Below the pieces are notes generated by a model, which was not told the origin of the DNA, made no database searches, and was given only the letters and a program-made list of their open reading frames with translations. A DNA stretch of 64,000 nucleotides from Blastocladiella emersonii ATCC 22665 (lineage: Eukaryota; Fungi; Blastocladiomycota). Positions 35,086-45,121 of this stretch are shown here, one piece after another. Where the stretch lies: NCBI GenBank assembly GCA_025594325.1, contig JANHCV010000014.1, positions 248,001 through 312,000 on the forward strand, read 5' to 3'. Made by a program: the position numbers and the translations under genes. Positions within the stretch are counted from its first letter, which is position 1. Every line of letters begins with the position of its first letter.

Positions 35086-37493
35086 ATGAAGCCGAATGTA
35101 AACTTGCACTTATGCGACTTGCCGCAAGACTTGTGCGACGCTGTCGTCTTGCTGACCAAGCCGAGCGCGCACCTTGCCGCGTCGTCCAAGTCGCTCGCGG
35201 CGGCGGCCAACTCGGCAAGCGTGCGGTGCTCGTGGGCTCGCCAGGCCACCGACACGATTATTATGAAGAGTACATGACGGCCGAGCCGCCGCTCGCTCCG
35301 ACGCATGTGCCGTGGTACCTCGATCCGCGCAAGGCGTCGCTCGTTGGGACCGATCTGGACCGCGAGTACCCGCTTGCTCGCCAGCTCCAGGTCCCCTTCA
35401 TGTGGTACCTCAAGTTGCGGCTCGGTTACATGCGCCGCCACTTGCCGATCCACCACGGCTTCAACGACCCGGCCGTTGTGCGCGCGCGCTCGTCGCACCC
35501 GTTTACGCCGGCGGTCGTGGATGCTATCTATCGTCGCGCGGTGCCCGGCTTGACTTGCGTGGCGAGTATTGCCGAGGCGCTCGACCAACTCGTTCCGTCC
35601 GTGTTTGCTCCGCTGCCGAATTGCGTTTCCCTGCGCTCGTTCCCCGAGGGACTCGCGCTCCCGTTCTTCTTCCTGCACGTCAACGATATTGATGCGCTCC
35701 GTGGCTGCCTCGAGAAGCTGTACAAGCTCTACCCTGCGCTCAAGACCGAAAAGGCACCGCTGCACGTCTGGGCTCGCATGTGGCTCGACGAACGTGCCGA
35801 AGTCCGCTTGTTCTTGTCACTTGCATCCGAAATGGGGGTCAAGACGACGTTCCCGATGGCGCTTGCCCTGGCTGCGCTGACCTCGTGGAACCTCGACGCC
35901 TTCGACGCGATTCTGCTCACCGTGAGCGACGACCTGAACGGGATGTACTACGAGGTATCAGACATCTTTTGCGAGCACCGACCGCTCGCTCGCTCGTACT
36001 TTTACACGATCTGGTTTCTTCGCGGCCACGCCGAGTCCGCGGGCAAGCTCGTGCGCGTGCTCATGGACCGCCTCATTCCAGCGAGCGACCTTGGCCCGTG
36101 TCTTTCGGGCTTTCTCGACCCCGTCTCGGACCCAGAGCTTTTTATGGTCCTGTTCGAGGAGTTTGACTCGCTCCGCGCAAACGCGAAAATGACCAAGCCC
36201 ACCGAGCTCGCCATCGCTTTCGCCGGCCAGGGCTTCCTGGACCCGGCGTGGCTCATCGCCGACATGGGTATGATGGACGGTTCGTGGGAGCGTCTCCTTC
36301 TCGCGACCCACGCCAACCCCGAGTCGCGCCGCGCGTTTATCTCGCTCGTCAAGGAACACTACCGCGGCTCGGATTACCGGTCGCTCGCGCTCATGGGTAC
36401 GGTTTCTCGATCCACATCAACTCGCAGCGAGCACTCGCTCACTCACGCCGCTCCACTTCGCCGTCTAGCCATTTTTGACGTCGACTGGGCTGCCTGGACG
36501 CCTGAGTGCGGCTGGTCGGGGCTCAAGCTCGGCGCTATGTACGAGCTATGGCGCGAGCTTGGTCTCGACACGACCGAGACGTTCTCGTCCGCGTTCCTTC
36601 TCCTCTGCACGAGCTACGTCGGCGTCGACCAGATTCTCGAGACGGCTTCCACCGAGGACATCTGCGCGGCCATCCTCTTTGCCATGGACTCGCATTTCCT
36701 GCTCACTCCGGAGCGAAAGATTGGCGTCGTGCTCGCGCGGCTCATCGACCCAAACTCGCCTTTTACCGCTCGCCGCAACCGCATCTTGGCGTTGCTTTCC
36801 GGTCCGCCGCGCATGCCCCATGCGCCGTCGCCGTGGATCCTCGCGCTCGCCAGCATCGTGATCTGTGCGCTCCACGAGCCTGCCGGCAGCGACCAAATCG
36901 CTGTTCTTCTCGCCGCGCTTGGTGCGCTCTTCCAGCTTCCGTGCGCGCCCAAGTCGTTCCCGCACAATTCTCCCGTCATCGCCTACATCTGCACCTGGCT
37001 GCCTATGGCGCTCATCGACAACAAGGCCGGTTTGTCCAACATCGCCAGCGTGGTCAAGATCCTCGCGCGCTTTGACATCAACTGGTTCGTGGCGAGGGCT
37101 ATGGTCGAATCGATGCATGGCGGTTTGAGCATTCACAAGCGCGCGCTTAAGTTTCCGCCCGCCTTCCTCGACGCCGTCATGAGCGTTCCCGGGTGGCGCG
37201 AAGCCGCTGCGCTGATCAAGGGCGTCCCGCAGACCGAGGATCCGACCCCACAGCTGCTCGCGCACGCTGCTGGGCGCGAGGGTCGCGGCGCGGAGGTTGA
37301 CGACGAGGCCCTCGACCAGCTCATTGCGCGACTAACTCTCGCTGCTCCGCCGCCGGCTCCTGCTGCGCGACCTGCGGTGGCCGCTGGCGCGACCGTGCCA
37401 CCCGCGTACTTTGACGCGAAGATGGCGCCGCTCCCGCCGACCAACTTCGAGGCGTACGACCGCGAGAACTCGGTGGGCTCCAGCCAGCAGTAG
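35086..37493 (+). pseudogene. F-box-like protein family C copy 1 (frameshift about 35250-35275; intron 36397-36468)
   Basis: LHLCDLPQDLCDAVVLL..WARQA lies in one frame and the paralogous body (QLQVPFMWYLK..IHHGFNDP..LPFFFLHVNDID..PGWREAAA) in another. Confidence 0.65.
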
Positions 37494-37571
37494 GTTGATG
37501 TCCGATACATGATTTCTGTTTTGATACACGCGATTTAGCGAAGCTTTCACATTGTGCGCGAGACGAGGCGT

Positions 37572-37594
37572 GAGACGCGCCGCGATAGCACGTG
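37572..37594 (+). promoter_or_regulatory. Composite motif GAGACGCGCCG-CGATAG-CACGTG
   Basis: About 75 bp upstream of ATG 37668, with the same 6-nt spacing. Confidence 0.5.
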
Positions 37595-37667
37595 GGCGTG
37601 GCTTGGGAGGGCCTCAAGGTCGGCGAACGGTCGAGCGACGAGCTGCCTCTCCCTCATTGATGCTACC

Positions 37668-39884
37668 ATGAAACATACAATGAATGGAACCCTAAGCGAC
37701 TTGCCGCAAAATCTCGTCGAACACGTTCTTGCGCTTATGCCGGCGTCTCCGCGTGCCGCGGCGGCATCGGGCCTCCTTCGCGCCGCGGCCCTCTCCCTGG
37801 TTGCCCAGGCCGCTTGGGCTCGCCAAGCCATTGCTAGCGTATCCTTCGAGCGCTATGAGCGGAGTGACCTGTCCGAAGAGGACTTTGACGAGTACTACTA
37901 CGGCGTGATGCTCGACTCGACGTATCCCGACGCAGCCCAGCTCGAGGTGCCGTGTGTCTGGTACCTCAAGTCGCTTTTGGGCTTCTCGCACGAGCTCTCG
38001 CCGATTCACCGCGGCTTCAACGATCCGTCGGTCGTTCGCGCGCGCTCGCTGCATCCGTTCTCGCCTGTCGCCTTGGACGCTGTGTATCGCCGTCGCGCGG
38101 CTGGCCTTGCTTCGATCAAGGACATGGTCAAGGTACTTGACCGACTTGTTGGACCGAAACCAAACCGTAAATGCCTTGGTCTTCGCTCCCTCCCGCTCCA
38201 GCTCGCACTCCCTTACTTCTTCCTTCATGTCAACGACATTGACGGCATCCTCAACTGCATCAACAAGCTTTTTGCGCTGTATCCCGCGCTTCGAACGGCC
38301 GAACTCCCGCTCGCCACCTGGGCGCGCGTGTGGCTCGACGACCGCGAGACGCAGCGCGCCTTCATCACCATGTCCGTTGGTTGTGACATTGAGATGACGT
38401 TCGGCGCGGCGCTTGCGCTGGCCGCGCTGTTCAAGTGGAATCTTGCCGCCTTGGATGCAATTAACTCGCATGCGGATACCAAGCTTGATATCGCCGCGTT
38501 CTTTGCTGACCACCGCGACCTGCTACATTCGCTGATGCCCACGCTTCGAAATCTCCGCGGGCATACCGAGTCTACGTGCCTCTTGCTAAAGCGCGTCATG
38601 ACCCACTTACAGGCGGATGACTCCATCCCGCTCATCGTTAGCTTCCTCACCGAGTGGTCCGACCCCGACCTATTCGTGGCGATTTTTGACGCGGTAGACG
38701 CTACCCACACCTCTCGAGACATGGATCAGGCCGACTCCGGTGCGCTTGCGTTTGCCAAGAAGGGTCGCGTCGGTCCCGCGCTTCAGCTCGCTCGTGCTGT
38801 GTTGCTCGAAAAGGATGACCTGAGCGACCTGCTCATGCGACTCCATGCGAATCCTTCGTCTCGCGCTCAGCTAGTGCAGATCATCAAGAACCTCAAGGTT
38901 TGCGGCGTTGCCAAGGACATTGCTATTCACAGTGCGTATCCAGATGTTTGTGACCTTGTGTTTCGCTGCACTATCTGACCAAGATACGCGGACAGATGCG
39001 TAGCCATGGAGCTCATGTTTCTTGAGTCTACGCGCGAGCACAACTTGCTTGATTACGTCGGTGGAGTTGACGTGCTTGGTCTCGCGGGTGCTGGCGAGCC
39101 GGTCAAAATGAACACGGCCGAGATGGTGCGCGTATGGCGCGAGCTCGAGCTCGAGCTTGATGTCCCCGACATGCTCGCCATCAGCATCGTGGACATGGTA
39201 CCCACGCACAATCATATCGGCGGACTTGTTTCTGCGGTTTCCATCAACGAGGTGCTCACCGCTGTCAAACTCTTTTTTGACCGTGAGCAGGCTGGTAATC
39301 ACTCGCAAGTGCTTTCGTGCATCCTGGCACTCCTGCTTCATCCGCCCAGCGCACCCGAGTGGCTTTCGTTGTTTAGCCAGGTCACGAACGAGCAGCTACT
39401 CACACTCCTTGGCCCAGGCACTGAATACTGGCCACTTGCGCTGGCTTGTGTCGCCGAGTTCTGTATGTACGGGACGCTTTCTGACGGCTTTTCCAGAAAC
39501 TTGTTCTTTTGCGCCCTCAAGCTGCTGCTCAGCATGCCCGGGGCTCCTCGCCAACTTCCCAAGGTGTCGGCTGATCTACTTGGGGTCTGCCTCGCCCAGG
39601 TTCTCTTCCGCGTCGACAAGCAGCCTTCTCTTGCGGCCTATATATCTCACACCATCGACGCTCTGCTCAAGCACGATGTGGCGTGGGTCGTCGCGTGGGT
39701 GCTTCCGCAGGCGATGCGTCACAACCTCAAAATGGCGAACAAGTATCTCGAGTTTCCCGACTTTCTCCTCGATCTTGTCACGCAGACGCCTGGCTGGCGC
39801 GAGGCAGCGGCGACCATTCAGGAGCCTCGCCTGAGCAACCCGACCCCGCAGCTGATCGTTCACGCGTATCTCAGTGTTGACTGA
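37668..39884 (+). CDS. F-box-like protein family C copy 2, intact (intron 38932-39003; 714 aa)
   Basis: TLSDLPQNLVEHVLALMPASPRAAAAS..; removing GTGCGT..CTGAC..TAG gives a continuous 2145-nt frame. Confidence 0.72.
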
Positions 39885-40181
39885 GACTAGATTCTCGCAT
39901 ACAGGCTTTCCTTGGACGTTCTTGCTACTTCCGCCGCACCAATGTTCCCTCCTGTCGAGCTCGCCTGCTTCCGAATTTTTTAAATAAATCGGCTTCAGTT
40001 GTTGCTTCATTGTTTGGGGAGTGAACCTGGGCGTCGCGCTCAACGTGCTCGGCAAGCATGCGTACTCAGTAATGCTGACGATCGACGTGCTGTTACCCAT
40101 GGGCAAGTTCGCGTCTGAGCTGCAGTCGACTTCCTGACACAGCTCGAGGCTGACCATGGCATCCAGCTCAACCAGACGCGG

Positions 40182-40379
40182 GTCCGCGCTGTCGAAGCGT
40201 CCGCGCTGTCGAAGCGTCCGCGCTGTCGAAGCGTCCGCGCTGTCGAAGCGTCCGCGCTGTCGAAGCGTCCGCGCTGTCGAAGCGTCCGCGCTGTCGAAGC
40301 GTCCGCGCTGTCGAAGCGTCCGCGCTGTCGAAGCGTCCGCGCTGTCGAAGCGTCCGCGCTGTCGAAGCGTCCGCGCTGT
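40182..40379 (+). repeat. Perfect tandem array, 17-bp unit GTCCGCGCTGTCGAAGC x11 plus 11 nt
   Basis: Unit counted directly; no variant units and no spacers. Confidence 0.97.
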
Positions 40380-40738
40380 TTGACACGTACCAGCAGTCCG
40401 TGAAGCTCGCGATCGGATCAGCCGTGTACGAGCTCGCGTGCCACGTCTCGAGCGTGCCCAGCTACGCGGCCTTCAACAAAAAGCTCATCGATCGGTGGCG
40501 CATGAGGGGCGCCATGGACACGCTTGAGCGCGCCAAGCGCGTCTTCGCCGATCCGCGCGTGGGCGAGTGGCCGCGAGCACCGCGCCGCTCCCGCTCCCGC
40601 GAACCGACGACTTGGTCCGTGACAACGACACGAACCGTGAACAATAAATTCGGTCTTCTTTGGACACATACATAGCTTGCGAGGTGAGGCGAGGTTTGCC
40701 AAGCGGCCGGGCCACACGCGAGAGGGGCGGGGTGAGCG

Positions 40739-40762
40739 ACGACGCGACGAAAGGAACACGTG
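40739..40762 (+). promoter_or_regulatory. Composite motif variant ACGACGCGACG-AAAGGAA-CACGTG
   Basis: About 50 bp upstream of ATG 40813; 7-nt spacer. Confidence 0.4.
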
Positions 40763-40812
40763 AAGGCGGCCGAGCCGACGCCACCCGTCCTCGCTCCCTC
40801 GTCGATGCAGCC

Positions 40813-42979
40813 ATGGAACACAAAATGAATGAAACCCTCGACGACTTGCCGCAAAGTCTAGTCGAGCACGTTCTTGCGCTTATGCCGGCGTCTCCGCGCG
40901 CCGTGGCGGCATCGGGCATCCTGCTCGCCGCGGCCCGCTCCCAGGTCGTCCAGGCCGCTTGGGCTCGCCAAGCTATCGCTATCGTATCCTTTGAGCGCTA
41001 CGAGGATGGAGACCTGACTGCCGAAGAGCAAGCCGAGCATTTTCTTCATGGGAGTCGTCTTGACTCGATTATCTCCCACGCCCCGCAACTGCAGATTCCG
41101 AGCGTGTGGTACCTCAAGTCGCTTCTGGGTTTTATGCACGAACGGTCGCCGATCCATCGTGGTTTCAACAGCCTTGCGGTCGCTCGCGCTCGATTGCTTC
41201 ACCCGTTTTCGCCGACCGTACTGGGCGTCGTTTACCGTCGCCGCGCGACCGGCGTTGCTTCGGTCAAAGACATGGCCAAGGTGCTCGACAAGTTTACGGG
41301 ACCGACGCCGACGCGTAAATGCCTCGGACTCGGATCGCTCCCCTTGGCCCTCGCGCTGCCCTACTTCTTCCTTCATGTCAACGACATTGACGCCGTGCTT
41401 GGCTGCCTCAAGAAGCTTTGGTCGTTGTACCCCTCGCTTCGTACGGCCGAGCTTCCGCTCGTCATGTGGTCGCGCGTTTGGCTCGACGAGCGCGAGTCAC
41501 AGCGAAACTTTTCCACCGTTGCAGCTTTACCGTGACGTACGGTGCAGCCCTTGCGCTTGCAGCGCTCACCAAGTGGAACCTGGTCGCGTTTGACGCCATC
41601 AACTCGCACTTGGCCACCAAATTGGACTTGACCGAGCTTTTCAAGGACCACAGCGAGCTCGTGCCTCCCCTCATGGGGACCCTCCACTACATCCACGGCC
41701 AAGCCAAACCGGCATGCATCTTGCTCAAGCGCGTTTTGGCTCACTTACTGCACGCGGGCCCTCAATTCACGCTCATTGTCGATTTCTTTGACGAGAGCTG
41801 CGATCCTGACCTGTTTGTGGAGGTCTTCGACTCCGTTGACGCTTCTCGTGCCACTCAGGGCATGAATCGTGCCAACCCTGTTGCGTTGGCGTTTGCTGCG
41901 AAGGGCCACGTTGGCCCCGCGATTCGGCTCGCTCAAGCTGGACTGTTTGACGCGAAACAACTGGGCGAGCTGCTTGCGCAAGTCAATGGAATTCCCCAGG
42001 CTCGCGCTTGGGTGCTCCAGGTTATCGATGATTTCAAGCTTGGCAGCGAGGTCAAGGCCGTTCCTTCTCAAGGTACATGCCTCATCTTTACTAGGTTTTC
42101 GCGTTCCAAAGCCTAATCACGGGCTGATGACATGTAGCCGCAACGCGCACCTCGACCAAGTTCATGCGTGACTTGCCTGGCCAAGCTGATGCCAGCGAGT
42201 CACTCGAGATGGACATGGCCGAGCTCGTGCGCACTTGGCGCCTGCTCAAGCTCGACGTCCCCGAGATGCTTTTCACCAGCATGGCAACCAATGATTTCGC
42301 AGACGACCGTATTGGTGAGCTTCTGGTCGCGGTTCCGATCGACAATATGATCGCCGCCGTCAAGCTGTTCCTTGAACGCGGGCACACTGGTCCTCATTCG
42401 CATGTGTTCGCTACCATTCTCGCGCTCTTTCTGTATCCGCCCAGTGCGCCCGAGTGGGAATCGTATTTTTCTCAGCTCTCACTCAAGCGACTGCTTGTCC
42501 ATTTCGGCCCAAGTAGCGAATACTGGCCCCGCACGTTGGCCTGCATCGCTGAATTCTGCCTTCACGGAGTTTCCAAGCCCGGTTGCACAGTCCACATGTT
42601 CCACGATGCCCTCACAGTTTCGCTCAACATGCCCGGGGCTCCTCATCGTCTGCCAAAGCCTGTTGCTGAATACTTTGGCTCTTGCCTCGCCCGGGCCCTC
42701 CACCAGCTTGACGAAGACCCTTTGCTTCCACCCTACATTGCTGAAGCCCTTAGCGAGCTACTAAAGCATGACGTAGCGTCGGTCGTTGTGTGGGCGCTCC
42801 CGCAGGCGATGCGAACGTATCGGGCGAACGTAGACGGCCATCTCGAATTTCCCAACTTTGTGCTTGATCTGGTCGCGCAAACTCCAGGTTGGCGCGAGGT
42901 AGCGGCGACCGTCAACTTGCCCAGTCACTTCAACCCGGCACCGCAGCTGCTTGTCCACGCGTCCCTGAGCGTCGACTGA
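40813..42979 (+). pseudogene. F-box-like protein family C copy 3 (about 10-nt deletion near 41520-41535; intron 42073-42137)
   Basis: TLDDLPQSLVEHVLALMPASPRAVAAS..; closely similar to copy 2. The frameshift falls at NFSTVAALP*/TVTYGAALAL, and the intron position is conserved. Confidence 0.7.
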
Positions 42980-43182
42980 GCCCATACCTCGCGGAGCTCC
43001 GCGCATCACCGATTCTTTCGCATGTGCTCTTGTGTGCCGCCACGACCACTCCTTTTGAGATCATCTGCTCGCATTTTTGCATAAATTGCGTTTTGTTCCC
43101 TTCGTATCAATCGCGCCACGATCATGGCTCACGCTCGCGTAAGCTACTCGCGACGCGTCGCAAAATCATGTGAGATCTCTAT

Positions 43183-44748
43183 CTAGCAACGCACGCACCC
43201 GCCTCCTGTGTCGGGCCTCGCGCTACGGAGCTTGAATGTGGTCACGCTAGTTCGAAGAGTTATATCGTGAATGAGCGAACGGTCGAAATGAATCGAAAGC
43301 GCAACGTAAGGCGAAGAAACAAACTCTAGGTGAAAGAAAAGGTACCAAAAAAAATTGAGGCGCGAGCAAAAGGGTGCGAGATCTAGCCGAGCCCCGTCCG
43401 CGTCAACCAGGTGTCGATCGCGGATCAGCTGCACCCAACAGATCCGACGGCGGAACCTGGGTGAGCTCGACCGATTCCAAGCCAAGTTCGCTGCTGAATC
43501 GTGGCGGTTGGTTTCCTGGTTTGAGCAAAGGCGCAAAATAGAACGGTCGCCCGCATTTGCGTTGCTGTACTTGAGGACGGCCGAGCCGTGCAGAAGCAGA
43601 TTGAGGGCCCCGCACCGATTAGCCAAAGTCGAAGTCTCGATGACATCGAAGCGCCGTGTGGGATCTGCGGTCAGCTCCTCGAGAACGAGCATGGCGTCGC
43701 CGAGATAGAAAGAGAGCTGGTGCGCCAGCGAGTTCGAGGTGTCTGGGCCAAAAGCGGTGAGAAGTGCGCTCGTCCACTTGGCAAGCTGCCCCAAAATTCC
43801 ATCCTCGATGCCTTGAGAGCTCACATCCATGAATATCCCGGCAAACTGCAAGCCTAGGGTCGAGTTTGTTGAAGAGCCGCGGTAGAACGTTGGATTCACG
43901 ACAGTTCGCAAGAGCGAGCCCGATTTCGACCGTTTCCGTGGCTGAGGATGTCCGCGAGAATCGCCAAGGAAGTACGCGTTGCGGTCAACTAGCCGCTGGC
44001 TTTCGCAAGCGAGGCGCCCTTCCGTAGAGAAGCCGAGGATATCGGTAGTCCCAATATGGAGCGCCGCCCGGGCTTGGCAGATGAGAGCGTCGCGAGCGGT
44101 GATTACGAGTTTGCCGTCGCCCTGTGGTGTAATGAGATCGTGGTCCTTTTGAGGCCGATGAAGTGACAGTGCATCTTTCGCGAGGAGCTGAACACGAGCG
44201 GCCGCCTGGTCAACCGATGTGGGATACGAGTCGCACCGCTCGATCCAGTGCTGCCAACAGGTACGGGCGGCTTGGTAGGTTGACTCGTTTGCTACGCGTA
44301 CTCGCAAGTTCATCGAGAGCCAGTCCAATTCGAGACAAGCGCGCATCTGCTCGATCCAGAAGGTGATCGCGTCGGACTCGAGGTGCTCCGAGAACCACAG
44401 CTGTCCAACGAAACGGTCAAGAGCCGCACGTTCAAGCTTCGAGTGCATTAAAGCGTGGAGAAGTAAGAGCGAGCGCGCGATCGGCTCGGGGCGTAGCTCG
44501 TTGAGCGCAAACGACATGTTCGTGCGCGAGCCCTTACGCTCCGCCTCGACGAGCGTGTGAGCAACCGAGCGCAGGTCGTTGAATTCACATAAAACTGCGT
44601 GCAAGGTACGGCCGGGGACGCTGGCGTCGTGGTAGAGAAACACGTCGGCGGCATACGAGTCGCGGAACGGATCAAAGACCTGGGCCGGGTCCGCGTATAC
44701 GACCGCGGCGCTCGTTTGTGTCGGTATAAATGAAGATTTTGGATGCAT
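43183..44748 (-). pseudogene. DUF4470-like paralog, 3'-truncated, inverted relative to 31589
   Basis: MHPKSSFIPTQ..YADPAQVFDPFRDSYAADVFLYHD..NDLRSVAHTL..PEPIARSLLLLHAL..GALNLLLHG aligns with the first ~380 aa of the 31589 gene, then similarity is lost. Confidence 0.7.
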
Positions 44749-44848
44749 TGCGCCAAGTTATTCCATCAGTTTTGCATAGCGCATCGGGATGTACGAGAGA
44801 CGACTCCAAAGCGGTGAGAAACGAGGGCCGTGTGGCTGATCGCGGCTT

Positions 44849-44871
44849 CACGTGTTTTCCCGACGCGTCTC
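44849..44871 (-). promoter_or_regulatory. Composite motif GAGACGCGTCG-GGAAAA-CACGTG
   Basis: 23/23 identical to 31455-31477; about 100 bp upstream of ATG 44748. Confidence 0.55.
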
Positions 44872-45121
44872 ACTCTGTCTCAACACCATCCTGTGGTCGA
44901 ACCACGTCGTATCGAGCGTCGAGCGAGTCACTGTCAAAGACAGATGCAAAATGCACTTATTTTTGTTACAGCTCGTGAGCCGGTGCTGAATTGACATGGC
45001 AAATGGACTGGCCGCCCGCGCACGAGCGACCCCAGGCGGGAGCGAGGCAGCACACCGTCGGGGCGGAGATAGAAGATAAATAATCACGTTTATTGCAATC
45101 GAGATACACGCAACGAGGAAA

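Noticed and set aside
40182-40379. Possible CRISPR array
   Set aside because: Head-to-tail identical 17-mers with no spacers, no cas genes, and a eukaryotic context.
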